A stretch of DNA of 34,456 nucleotides. Source: an uncultured Rhodothermales bacterium. Lineage in GTDB: Bacteria > Bacteroidota > Rhodothermia > Rhodothermales > VXPQ01. Location of the stretch: NCBI GenBank assembly GCA_964570345.1, contig CAZMXY010000002.1, positions 30,322 through 64,777 of the forward strand. Direction: 5' to 3'. Position 1 is the first letter of the stretch. Every line of letters starts with the position of its first letter. The notes below the pieces were generated by a model that made no database searches, was not told the origin of the DNA, and saw only the letters and a program-made list of their open reading frames with translations. Shown here piece after piece: positions 8,277-17,597 of the stretch. The position numbers and the translations under genes are program-made.

Positions 8277-11072
8277 TCAGTGGGCATCCAACCAGTTATC
8301 TCCTACGTCCATTTCCACCTTGACGGGCACGTCGAGCGGTAGGGCGCCCTCCATTTCCTCGCGGACGATTTTGGACAGCCGATCGAGTTCGTATTCGGGC
8401 GCCTCGAAAACCAGTTCGTCGTGAACTTGCAACAGCATGCGCGCCGCCATACCCTCTTCAGCCAGACGCTCGTGTAGACGTACCATGGCAATCTTAATCA
8501 TGTCGGCCTGCGTACCTTGAATCGGCATGTTTACGGCGACGCGCTCGGCGAACGAGCGCTGGGCGCGATTGCGTGAATTAATGTTGGGCACGAAGCGCCG
8601 ACGCCCCATCAAGGTCTCAACGTATCCATGCTTGTGCGCCTTCTCCACGACCCTGTTGATGTGCGAAGTGATATGAGGATATGATTGTAAATACTGATCG
8701 ATAAGCACCTGCGCCTCGGAGACGGACATTCGCAGGCGCTGGGCGAGTCCCCAGGCCGAAATACCGTACGGGATACCGTAGTTGATCTGCTTGACTTGAC
8801 TTCTTTGCTCGCGCGTGACCATTTCCGGTTCGACGCCGAAAAGGCGTGCGGCAGCCTCCGTATGGATGTCCTTCCCTTTCTGAAAAGCGTCCTGAAGCGA
8901 TTCATCTCCGCTCATGGATGCGAGTATTCGCAGCTCGATCTGGACGTAGTCGGCAGACAGCAACTTCCACCCTTTCTCCGGGACGAATGCGCGTCTTATC
9001 TCGCGACCCGTATCAGTTCGGACCGGAATGTTCTGAAGATTGGGACCGGACGACGACAAGCGGCCCGTTGCTGCGACGGTCTGATTGAAGCTGGTATGTA
9101 TCCGACCGGTCTCAGGATGGACGAGTTCGGGTAAACTGTCGACGTACGTGCTCTTGAGCTTGGAGAATTTTCTCCAGTCCAAAATGAGACCCGGCAATGG
9201 ATGTTCGGTGGACAGCTGTTCGAGGACGCTCTCCTTGGTCGACGGTGCTCCTTTAGACGTCTTCGAAACGACGGGCAGCCCGAGCTTTTCGAATAGGATC
9301 TCTCCGAGCTGCTGAGTGGACGCGATATTGAATTCCTCGCCGGCCAACATTTGGATTTCCCGCTCGAGGATTTGGATTTGGGTACCCAATTGATCGGAAA
9401 TTTCGCCGAGCATGTACGGGTCGATGCGAACTCCGGTAAGCTCCATGTCCGCCAGCACACGAACTAGCGGCATTTCGATGGTCATCGCGATATCGAGAAG
9501 GCCCTCCCGCTCCAGTTCCGCCATGAGCGTGTCGGCGAGTTGAAGTGAAATGTCGGCATCCTCGCAGGCGTACGGACAGACCTCCTCGATGGAGAGGTCA
9601 CGCATGGAAAGTTGACCTTTGCCCGTTCCGATGAGATCGGTGATCGGGACCATCCGGTAGTTTAGATATTTCATCGCGAGGAGGTCGAGTCCGTGGGGCT
9701 CTTCCGGCGCGAGCAGATAATGAGCGACCATCGTATCGAAGAGGGGGCCGTATACGCGCAGGCCATGTCGAGCGACGGTCATCAGTTCATATTTGAGATT
9801 CTGACCGACTTTAAGCACACGCGTGTCGAAGGCCGGCTGAAGAATTGATACGACGTCCTCGGTCGGCGTCCCATCCGGGAGAGGGGTCGGCACGTAATTC
9901 GCTCGGCCGGCGTCCAAACCAATCGCAATACCGACGAGGGACGACCACATGGCGTCGGTCGACGTGGTCTCGGTACCGAAAGCGAACCGATCCACCGACA
10001 CCAGGGTCTCGGCCAATTCCTCGAGCTGTCCTCGATTTCGGATCGTGACGTAGTCGACGTTCTCCTTTGCATAGGAGAGCAAATCGCTATCGCTCGTCGC
10101 AGCATAGGGCTTGGTCTCGGCCGCAGGGGTCGTCGCATCTCCGTTTACTCGAAACAGATCCTCATCTTGTACGCGTTTGAACAACGTTGAAAACTCGAGC
10201 TCACTGAAAAGGGACATGAGTAGGTCTCTGTCGGGCGTCGCTCGCTTGCACGCTAGCCAGTCGAGATCGACTTCGACGTCGGTCTTGATGGCCACCAGTC
10301 TTTTGCTCAGAAGCGCGGCGTCGTGATGCTCGAGTAGTCCTTCGCGTGCCCGCTTGCCTTTGATCTCTCCGACATGTTCAAGCAATGACTCGACGGAGCC
10401 GTACTCCTGCAGCAGTTTCATCGCCGTTTTCTCGCCGATGCCGGGAACGCCCGGCACGTTATCGCTCGTGTCGCCCATGAGCGCCAGCATGTCAATGAAT
10501 TGCGCGGGCTCGAGGTCGTATTTGTCACGGAATGATTCGGCCGTTATCGGGTCGAATTCTTCACCTCGGTGAGCAGGGCGGAAAATTGAGATGGTCGAAT
10601 CGAGGAGTTGCTGGAAGTCCTTGTCGGGCGAAACGATGATGACTTCGGCCCCCTCGCCGGACGCACGACGGGCCAGCGTTCCGATCACGTCATCCGCTTC
10701 CACGCCGGGTATCTCGATGACGGGCACGTCCAGTGCCTGTACGATCTCCTTAATGAAAGGTAAATTCGTCACGAGGTCCTCCGGCATCGGACTTCGATTT
10801 GCCTTGTAGTCGTCATAGATCTCGTCGCGGAACGTACCCTCGTCACCCCCGGCCGCGTCGAAGACCACCGCCATGTGAGCCATGCCGTGGTCCTCAATCA
10901 GCTTCATGAGCGTGGCCGTGAAGCCGTATGCAGCGGACGTATTTTGTCCTTTCGAATTGATGAGGGGCCGGTTCATGAAGACGAAGTGCGACCTATAGGC
11001 CAGAGCCATTGCGTCGACCAGGTAAAGCTGCCGTTCCTCGCGGACGGCCGTATCGTTCTGCGCAACTGTCAT
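8277..11072 (-). CDS. polA: DNA polymerase I
   Basis: 5'-3' exonuclease (EADDVIGTLA, DKDFQQL, GDTSDNVPGVPGIGEKTA); polymerase motifs TGRLSS, DYVQIELR, KQINYGIPYG, QVHDEL. ATG 11072 (MTVAQ) is more plausible than 11204. Confidence 0.98.
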   Translation of the reverse strand: MTVAQNDTAVREERQLYLVDAMALAYRSHFVFMNRPLINSKGQNTSAAYGFTATLMKLIEDHGMAHMAVVFDAAGGDEGTFRDEIYDDYKANRSPMPEDLVTNLPFIKEIVQALDVPVIEIPGVEADDVIGTLARRASGEGAEVIIVSPDKDFQQLLDSTISIFRPAHRGEEFDPITAESFRDKYDLEPAQFIDMLALMGDTSDNVPGVPGIGEKTAMKLLQEYGSVESLLEHVGEIKGKRAREGLLEHHDAALLSKRLVAIKTDVEVDLDWLACKRATPDRDLLMSLFSELEFSTLFKRVQDEDLFRVNGDATTPAAETKPYAATSDSDLLSYAKENVDYVTIRNRGQLEELAETLVSVDRFAFGTETTSTDAMWSSLVGIAIGLDAGRANYVPTPLPDGTPTEDVVSILQPAFDTRVLKVGQNLKYELMTVARHGLRVYGPLFDTMVAHYLLAPEEPHGLDLLAMKYLNYRMVPITDLIGTGKGQLSMRDLSIEEVCPYACEDADISLQLADTLMAELEREGLLDIAMTIEMPLVRVLADMELTGVRIDPYMLGEISDQLGTQIQILEREIQMLAGEEFNIASTQQLGEILFEKLGLPVVSKTSKGAPSTKESVLEQLSTEHPLPGLILDWRKFSKLKSTYVDSLPELVHPETGRIHTSFNQTVAATGRLSSSGPNLQNIPVRTDTGREIRRAFVPEKGWKLLSADYVQIELRILASMSGDESLQDAFQKGKDIHTEAAARLFGVEPEMVTREQRSQVKQINYGIPYGISAWGLAQRLRMSVSEAQVLIDQYLQSYPHITSHINRVVEKAHKHGYVETLMGRRRFVPNINSRNRAQRSFAERVAVNMPIQGTQADMIKIAMVRLHERLAEEGMAARMLLQVHDELVFEAPEYELDRLSKIVREEMEGALPLDVPVKVEMDVGDNWLDAH

Positions 11073-11217
11073 AGACGGTGTGCGTTTTTGAACTCGTGGA
11101 ACTGGATGCCGTGCATGCTTTATAAGGCGCGCAGTCGAAATCAGTTCTATTTTTTTTGCAGGTTTTGTCGAGCAATACGCGGCATCACTCTCGGTCGTAT
11201 TCACTTCTCGATTTTCG

Positions 11218-12303
11218 ATGGAACACCCTGTCCGACATCATCCCTCCTGCGTGTTGGTTACGGGAGGAGCCGGATTCATCGGTTCGAATTTTCTTTTGCG
11301 CATGGTACCGAAATATCGGGACGTTCGATTCGTCAATCTCGACGCACTTACGTATGCGGGCAATCTGATGAATCTCGCGTCGATCGAGGAGGCGCCGAAC
11401 TATACGTTCGTTCAGGGGGACGTCACCGATCCCGATCTCGTGAGCTCGTTGTTCGAGGAGCATGCCATTACTACCGTGGTGCATTTCGCCGCCGAGAGCC
11501 ACGTGGACCGGTCGATCATGGCCCCGCTCGATTTCGTGAAAACGAATACGATGGGTACGGTGGTTCTGCTCGAATCGGCTCGTGCCGCGTGGAAAGAATC
11601 CGACATACTCGAGAATCGCTGTCGTTTCCATCACGTTTCTACGGACGAAGTCTTCGGGAGTCTCGGTACGAAAGGTTTCTTTCACGAAGACTCGCCATAC
11701 GATCCCCGTTCTCCATATTCGGCGAGCAAGGCCGCAAGCGATCATTTCGTCCGAGCGTACGGACATACGTACTCGCTTCCGGTCGTGGTTTCGAACTGCT
11801 CGAACAACTACGGTCCCTACCAATTTCCGGAAAAACTCGTCCCCCTGGCGCTGCTCCGCGCGCTGCAGGACGAGTCCGTTCCCGTATACGGGCGCGGAGA
11901 GAACGTACGAGATTGGCTCTACGTGGAGGATCACTGCGAGGCCATCGACCTCGTACTTCGACGAGGCAGGACGGGGCAGACTTACGTGATCGGCGGAGAC
12001 GCCGAGTTGCCGAACCTCGAACTCGTTCAAATGCTTCTCGACACGGTAGACGAGGCGATCGGCCGTCGGTCGGGGAGTTCGCGCAAGCTCATCACGTTCG
12101 TTAAGGATAGGCCCGGACATGACCTCCGCTACGCCGTCGATTTTTCGCGTATTCGCGATGAACTAGGCTGGCAACCGCGGCACACCCTGGCCGAAGGGTT
12201 ACGTTCCACCGTATCCTGGTACCTGTCGAATCGTAAATGGCTCGACGCCGTGATCGATGACTCGTACCGGGACTACTACGAACGTCAGTATGCCCTTCGC
12301 TAA
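11218..12303 (+). CDS. rfbB: dTDP-glucose 4,6-dehydratase
   Basis: VTGGAGFIGSNF, HFAAESHVDRSI, STDEVFG, YSASKA, NNYGPYQFPEKL, DRPGHDLRYA. Confidence 0.97.
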   Translation: MEHPVRHHPSCVLVTGGAGFIGSNFLLRMVPKYRDVRFVNLDALTYAGNLMNLASIEEAPNYTFVQGDVTDPDLVSSLFEEHAITTVVHFAAESHVDRSIMAPLDFVKTNTMGTVVLLESARAAWKESDILENRCRFHHVSTDEVFGSLGTKGFFHEDSPYDPRSPYSASKAASDHFVRAYGHTYSLPVVVSNCSNNYGPYQFPEKLVPLALLRALQDESVPVYGRGENVRDWLYVEDHCEAIDLVLRRGRTGQTYVIGGDAELPNLELVQMLLDTVDEAIGRRSGSSRKLITFVKDRPGHDLRYAVDFSRIRDELGWQPRHTLAEGLRSTVSWYLSNRKWLDAVIDDSYRDYYERQYALR

Positions 12304-12351
12304 ACGGCTTCCATCGACCTCGCCAGACCAACTATTCCCGCACCCTGTTCA

Positions 12352-13128
12352 GTGAGCAATCGGATGAAGGGCGTCGTGCTCGCCGGCGGTACCGGCAGCC
12401 GCCTCTACCCTCTTACGAAAGTTACCAACAAACACCTCCTTCCCGTCGGTCGCTATCCCATGATTTTCCATCCCCTCGTTCGGATGAAACGAGCCGGCAT
12501 CGAACACGTCGTCGTCGTCACCAGCCCCGAGCATATGGGCGACGTCGTAAACCTGCTTGGAAGCGGCCGATTGTTCGGCCTCGACCTGACGTTTCGCGTA
12601 CAGGACCGGCCGGGTGGCATCGCGCATGCGCTCAGTCTCTGTGAAAGCTTCACGGCAGACGATCCATTCCTGGTCATTCTGGGCGACAACATTCTCGGAG
12701 AGGATATAGGGTATCAGGTAACGGCGTATCGCGCACAACTCGACCGGCACGGCACTGGTGCACGCATCCTGCTCAAGGAAGTGCCGGACCCCGAGCGTTA
12801 CGGCGTACCACGCCTCGAAGGTGAGCGGATCGTAGAAATCATCGAGAAGCCGGCCGATCCTCCCAGCGATTACTCCGTAACCGGACTTTACTTTTACGAT
12901 TCGAGTGTCTATGACGTCATCCGAGGACTGACCCCGAGTGCACGTGGTGAATATGAAATCAGCGACGTGAGCAACGCCTACGTCGACGCGGGCCGGCTGA
13001 CGTACGGCATCCTGAAGAATTGGTGGGGAGATGCCGGCACGCTGGAGGGATGGCATGACGCGAATGACCTCGCCCGGAACCTCGTCTATGACGAATTAGA
13101 GCGTGAGATGAAAGGGCAGGGCGCGTGA
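12352..13128 (+). CDS. rfbA: Glucose-1-phosphate thymidylyltransferase (short RmlA/SpsI-like)
   Basis: LAGGTGSRLYPLT..NKHLLPV, ILGDN, IEKP, PSARGEYEISD, WGDAGT; start GTG 12352 or ATG 12364. Confidence 0.88.
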   Translation: MSNRMKGVVLAGGTGSRLYPLTKVTNKHLLPVGRYPMIFHPLVRMKRAGIEHVVVVTSPEHMGDVVNLLGSGRLFGLDLTFRVQDRPGGIAHALSLCESFTADDPFLVILGDNILGEDIGYQVTAYRAQLDRHGTGARILLKEVPDPERYGVPRLEGERIVEIIEKPADPPSDYSVTGLYFYDSSVYDVIRGLTPSARGEYEISDVSNAYVDAGRLTYGILKNWWGDAGTLEGWHDANDLARNLVYDELEREMKGQGA

Positions 13129-13610
13129 TGGATCGAATCGAATGGATAGAGGGCGAGATCGAGGGCTGCTTGATTACGCCGCTAACGAAGTTCATCGACG
13201 AGCGAGGGTGGCTTGCTGAGTTTTTCCGTCGGGACGAATTGCCGGAGCGTCTTCATCCGGCCATGGGCTACCTCTCCCTCACACATGCCGGTGTTTCAAG
13301 AGGACCGCACGAGCACGAAGAGCAGAGCGATCTGTTTCTTTTCTTTAGCGGTCTCTTTCGAGTGTACCTCTGGGATACGCGGCGTCATTCCGATACATTC
13401 CGGCACCGACGGAGAATCGCCGTGGGCGAGCGGGATCCCGTTTCCCTCATCGTACCGCCGGGTGTCGTGCACGCGTACCGAAACGTCGGAGAGAACGATG
13501 CCTACATCGTGAATTGTCCGAATCGTCTCTACGCCGGGGAAGGAAAAGACGGGCTCGTGGACGAAATCCGATACGAGAAGGCCGACGGCTCTCCCTTTCA
13601 GATCGACTGA
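13125..13610 (+). CDS. rfbC: dTDP-4-dehydrorhamnose 3,5-epimerase family (cupin)
   Basis: DERGWLAEFFR, RGPHEH, DTR, IVPPGVVHAY; start overlaps the rfbA stop. Confidence 0.85.
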   Translation: MMDRIEWIEGEIEGCLITPLTKFIDERGWLAEFFRRDELPERLHPAMGYLSLTHAGVSRGPHEHEEQSDLFLFFSGLFRVYLWDTRRHSDTFRHRRRIAVGERDPVSLIVPPGVVHAYRNVGENDAYIVNCPNRLYAGEGKDGLVDEIRYEKADGSPFQID

Positions 13611-13625
13611 CGGGGTTGCGAATCG

Positions 13626-14498
13626 TCAAATCGTTCGCAGAACGCGGTCGATCGAACCGGAATATCCCGATCCGAAGTGATTGAGATGATTAATCAGATG
13701 ATAGAGATTGTAGACGTCTTTCCGCTCCGCGTATCCCTCCTCGATCGGCCACGCTTCGTGATACGCACGTTGGAACCTGGGGTCGAAGCCTCCAAACAGC
13801 TCCGTCATGGCTAGATCGGCCTCGCGATGGCCGAAATAGGTCGCCGGATCGATCAATACGGGGCGACCTGTGCCGTCGACCATGAAATTCCCACTCCACA
13901 GATCCCCGTGGAGAATCGAGGCGGCGGGATATCTGGGCAGCAGCTCAGGCAAGCGCCTGAAAAGGCGCTCGATCGGCTCATTCCACGCTACCGCCCAGCG
14001 CCCCGTTGACCGGGCCTCTTCTACCTGCGGCAAGAGGCGATGCCTCAGAAAAAACTCCGGCCATGACGCCTCCCACGTATTCCGCTGGTGTGACCGGCCG
14101 ATGAAATTGTCTTCGTCGAGACCGTAACGTTCGGACGTGTGCCGGTGCAGTGCAGCCAGACCGTGACCGAATGCCTCCCAAAATTCGCGGCTTATCGTCC
14201 CCGCTTCGATCCATTCCATCATCAACACGCCGGGAAGTCCGTCGGAGGCATCCCTGGCCAACTCGGGCTTCGGGACGACGAGAGGACTTCCTGCCACGCG
14301 CAGGCGCGCGAGCCCCGCGGCCTCGGGCGGGAACGTCTTGGCTGCCTCGCCTCTACTCCACTTGACGAAAAATTCCCCACGGGCGCATCGAACGCGGGTC
14401 GCGTTCGATATGCACCCGCCGCCGACCGACGTCGAGTCTTCGACGCCGACGCCGACGTGGGATTCGATGATCGTGACGACCTCGCCGGGAAGCATCAC
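13626..14498 (-). CDS. Fructosamine/ketosamine-3-kinase family protein
   Basis: GGGCIS, FFVK, LHGDLWSGN, LIDPATYFGHREADLAMTELFGGF, YNLYHLINH. Confidence 0.94.
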   Translation of the reverse strand: MMLPGEVVTIIESHVGVGVEDSTSVGGGCISNATRVRCARGEFFVKWSRGEAAKTFPPEAAGLARLRVAGSPLVVPKPELARDASDGLPGVLMMEWIEAGTISREFWEAFGHGLAALHRHTSERYGLDEDNFIGRSHQRNTWEASWPEFFLRHRLLPQVEEARSTGRWAVAWNEPIERLFRRLPELLPRYPAASILHGDLWSGNFMVDGTGRPVLIDPATYFGHREADLAMTELFGGFDPRFQRAYHEAWPIEEGYAERKDVYNLYHLINHLNHFGSGYSGSIDRVLRTI

Positions 14499-15007
14499 TC
14501 GTTCGTGACGGGTTCGATGTCGTACTCCGCCGCGAGGCGCTCGAGCAGCCTGTGCGACGTGCGCCGGACGATCGTGAGCACGTTTTCGAAACCATCGGGT
14601 CCGCCGTAGTAAGGGTCAGGCACCTGAAAGTCGTCGGGCTCCGGGTCGAATTCTCGGAAGAGGCGTACTTTGTGGCTGTGTTGGTCCTTCCGATCGAGAA
14701 AGAGCACGTCGTGGAGGTTGCTTTTGTCCATGACGAGGACATGATCGAACGCATCGAAATGACCCGCGTCGAACTGTTGAGCCCGATGGTCGTCGAGCGA
14801 GAGACCGAAACGGCGTCCCGTTTCGCGCATTCTCTTGTCGGCGTGCCCCCCTACGTGCCAGTGACCCGTGCCGGACGACTCGATCTCGAAGAAATTATCC
14901 AATCCGGCCTTCCGAACTTCGGCGCGGAATGCGGCTTCAGCCAGTGGGCTCCTGCAGATGTTGCCGAGACAGACGAACATTACACGTACTTTCTTGTCTT
15001 CAGTCAT
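14495..15007 (-). CDS. Low-molecular-weight protein-tyrosine phosphatase
   Basis: P-loop FVCLGNICRSP and DPYYG; its stop overlaps the kinase ATG (ATGA). Confidence 0.95.
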   Translation of the reverse strand: MTEDKKVRVMFVCLGNICRSPLAEAAFRAEVRKAGLDNFFEIESSGTGHWHVGGHADKRMRETGRRFGLSLDDHRAQQFDAGHFDAFDHVLVMDKSNLHDVLFLDRKDQHSHKVRLFREFDPEPDDFQVPDPYYGGPDGFENVLTIVRRTSHRLLERLAAEYDIEPVTNE

Positions 15008-15134
15008 GAAATGGGCATGTCTCAGTGCGTTCTTATCGAATGGCGGATCGGAGATGATTCATGGTCATAGACAGGCGAACGATCTGTCGATGCTAACCCC
15101 GACTTTGATGTTAATTCGTTTCGACCGCTGCTAG

Positions 15135-16391
15135 ATGCCCTCTCCATCGAAAATTCGCGCGCACGGAACGGGCTCGCTCTTCGACGCCGTCCCGTCCGAA
15201 GTACTCACCGTGAGCCGGCTCGCCGGCAATCTTCGCAGCGCCATCGAGTCGCGTTTCAGCAACCTCCGGGTCGAGGGCGAAATTTCAAATTTCAAGCGAC
15301 ACACGTCGGGGCACTGCTACTTCACCCTCAAGGATGAACGGGCACAGCTTCGGGCCGTGATGTGGCGGAGCAACGCGTCTCGCGTCTTCTTTCAACCCAC
15401 CGACGGGATGCTCGTGCAGGTGCTGGCGGATGTCTCGATTTACGAAAATCGCGGGGAACTTCAGCTGGTCGTGCGGTCGATGCAGCCGGCCGGCGAAGGC
15501 GGGCTTCAGAAGGCGTTCGAGGTGCTGAAAGCAACGCTGGCCGCCGAAGGCCTGTTCGATCGAGCGCGCAAGAGACGACTTCCCGCGTTTCCGGCCGTCA
15601 TCGGCGTCGTCACGTCCGGTTCGGGTGCCGCACTGCACGACGTATTGAGCGTTCTCGAGCGCCGATTTCCGTACGTTCGGGTCGTATTGTGCTCGGTCCA
15701 GGTCCAGGGTATGGGAGCCGCGGAATCCATCTGCGCCGCGATCAAGCGATTCAACGGGCTCGACGACGGACATGAACTGCGCCCTGACCTACTGATCGTC
15801 GGAAGGGGTGGTGGGTCTATGGAGGACTTGTGGGCATTCAACGAGGAGATCGTAGCGCGCTCCATCTTCTCGTCGAGGATTCCGATCATCAGTGCGGTGG
15901 GACACGAAACTGATTTTTCGATCGCCGACTTCGTTGCGGACGTTCGTGCCGCAACGCCATCGATGGCCGCCGAGCTGGCCGTGCCGGACCGACACGAGCT
16001 GCTCGCGTCCGTCCTGGGTGCCGTGACGTCAATGCAGCGTGGACTGCACCGACGATTCGAGCGACACCGAAACCACTTGAAACACGTTATGTCGTCCTAC
16101 GGATTTCTTCGACCGATCGATCGACTTCTACGATACGAGGAGCAAATCGAGGATTTCTCAGATCGACTGCGGCGAATGGCATCCCGCTGTATCGACGTAA
16201 AACGCCGTCGGTTGAAGGCGGCCAGTGACCGTCTGCGCGCGCTCAGCCCTGAACGTCCTCTCCAACACGGCTACGCGCTCGTGGAACGCGACGACGAAAT
16301 CATTCGTCGAGCGCAGCACCTCGAGGCCGGAGACGAGGTTCGTCTACGCTTCTACGACGGCCGCCGGGGAGCAATCGTAACGGAAGATTAG
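15135..16391 (+). CDS. xseA: Exodeoxyribonuclease VII large subunit
   Basis: GEISNFK..SGHCYFTLKD, GVVTS, RGGGSMEDLWAFNEE, SAVGHETDFSIADFVADVRAATPS. Confidence 0.97.
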   Translation: MPSPSKIRAHGTGSLFDAVPSEVLTVSRLAGNLRSAIESRFSNLRVEGEISNFKRHTSGHCYFTLKDERAQLRAVMWRSNASRVFFQPTDGMLVQVLADVSIYENRGELQLVVRSMQPAGEGGLQKAFEVLKATLAAEGLFDRARKRRLPAFPAVIGVVTSGSGAALHDVLSVLERRFPYVRVVLCSVQVQGMGAAESICAAIKRFNGLDDGHELRPDLLIVGRGGGSMEDLWAFNEEIVARSIFSSRIPIISAVGHETDFSIADFVADVRAATPSMAAELAVPDRHELLASVLGAVTSMQRGLHRRFERHRNHLKHVMSSYGFLRPIDRLLRYEEQIEDFSDRLRRMASRCIDVKRRRLKAASDRLRALSPERPLQHGYALVERDDEIIRRAQHLEAGDEVRLRFYDGRRGAIVTED

Positions 16392-16417
16392 CGTCCATCC
16401 TTTTCACGTCAGCCGCG

Positions 16418-16446
16418 TTGACAATGGGAGTCGAAGACCGTAGGCT
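16418..16446 (+). promoter_or_regulatory. Sigma70-type promoter TTGACA-N17-TAGGCT
   Basis: Perfect -35 at 16418-16423, 17-bp spacer, TANNNT -10 at 16441-16446, 30 bp before ATG 16477. Confidence 0.7.
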
Positions 16447-16476
16447 ATCGTCGGGTATCGTCGTGAAGTTCGAACT

Positions 16477-17547
16477 ATGAGTCACGCCACAGCCAGGCTT
16501 ACCGTCGAGTTGACCCCGTCGTCACGCGTGGACGTGATAGACATCAAACGGCATATCCAGCGAACGTTCGGAGACGTCCTTTCGCGATTCGAGCGAGCCC
16601 TGTATTGTTCGTACCATACGACTGCCGGCTTTTACGATCAGAGCCTCTGTGACCGACTAGACTATCGCTCCGAATCGGTACAGGCGTTCGTGAGCGCATT
16701 TCAGGAACTCTTCCCACCCGGCGCGGAATATCGTCACGACCAGCTCCATCTTCGCTCCGAACTAACGGCCGAGGAGCGCCGGAGCGAGCCTCGCAACGCC
16801 GATTCGCATCTCAAATTCATAGGATCGGGCCTCGAAAACTGTGTCACGTATTTCAACCGGCCTGATACGCCCGTCTATTTCGTCGATCTCGACGGCCTGA
16901 ACGATGCGAAACCCCGTCGTCGTCGTTCCACCGTAATCGGATTCAATGAGGAGGTCGTAGTCGACGGTCTGGATCTCGACGTTCCCGTTTCCACGCACGG
17001 CATCGATTCGATCAGCCTGAAAGACTCCCGCCTCGGACTCTACGAGCGACTCCAGCAACTGATCGACCGAAACGGCATCGAGGAAGGATGGGTCGAGATC
17101 GAGATCGACCCTGCGGAGCAACACATCGGGTTGACGGTGAACGAATATGAAACGCTGCTCATGAAGCACGACTTGGCGGACGTACTCAGAGACCCGCTCC
17201 GTTTCATGGCCGAAAAAGGAAGAAGCATGCTCCGCAATCCTCGCCAGATCCCGGGTAAGGCGAAAGACTATGCCAAATACGATCTCGTTCGTGTGATGAA
17301 TCGCGCCTTTGAAACGTTCGGATTGAGTGAGTCGGTGATCGAGCGGATCGTGGATAGGATCATGGCGCTGCCGGCGTCGCACTTTTTCGGGATGAAGCGT
17401 TCGGTGCGCTTGCTCGTAACGGAAGGCGAAACGTTCCGCGGCTCGTCGATCGTCCACGGAACGTATCAGAGCCCGATACTCGTCCAGTGGCAAAAGGCCG
17501 ATCGAGGCAGCCGCCGCCTCAGGATAACACTCAAGCAGTGTCTGTAG
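16477..17547 (+). CDS. Hypothetical protein with two tandem YjbQ/UPF0047-like domains
   Basis: N-half: HTTAG, FPPGAEYRHD, NADSHLK. C-half: GLTVNE, GTYQSPILV, GSRRLRITL. All resemble YjbQ motifs; own promoter. Confidence 0.65.
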   Translation: MSHATARLTVELTPSSRVDVIDIKRHIQRTFGDVLSRFERALYCSYHTTAGFYDQSLCDRLDYRSESVQAFVSAFQELFPPGAEYRHDQLHLRSELTAEERRSEPRNADSHLKFIGSGLENCVTYFNRPDTPVYFVDLDGLNDAKPRRRRSTVIGFNEEVVVDGLDLDVPVSTHGIDSISLKDSRLGLYERLQQLIDRNGIEEGWVEIEIDPAEQHIGLTVNEYETLLMKHDLADVLRDPLRFMAEKGRSMLRNPRQIPGKAKDYAKYDLVRVMNRAFETFGLSESVIERIVDRIMALPASHFFGMKRSVRLLVTEGETFRGSSIVHGTYQSPILVQWQKADRGSRRLRITLKQCL

Positions 17548-17597
17548 ACTCCTCGGAAGGCCCCCGGCCGAATCCGTGCCGCTCCATCTCCGGATGC

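Noticed and set aside
11073-11204. N-terminal extensions in the ORF track (polA from 11204; likewise ygfA 2313, lepB 21631, hypothetical 23683, lspA 31249, dksA 31855, xseB 18377)
   Set aside because: Longest-ORF artefacts that run into promoter regions or neighbouring genes; downstream starts fit the families better.
10875-12120. Long alternative ORFs 10875..12104 (+, 409 aa) and 11185..12120 (-, 311 aa)
   Set aside because: They overlap polA/rfbB out of frame or antisense and carry no recognisable motif; typical shadow ORFs of GC-rich genes.
16762-17493. 243-aa antisense ORF inside the tandem-YjbQ gene
   Set aside because: No motifs; the plus-strand gene has a promoter and family signatures.
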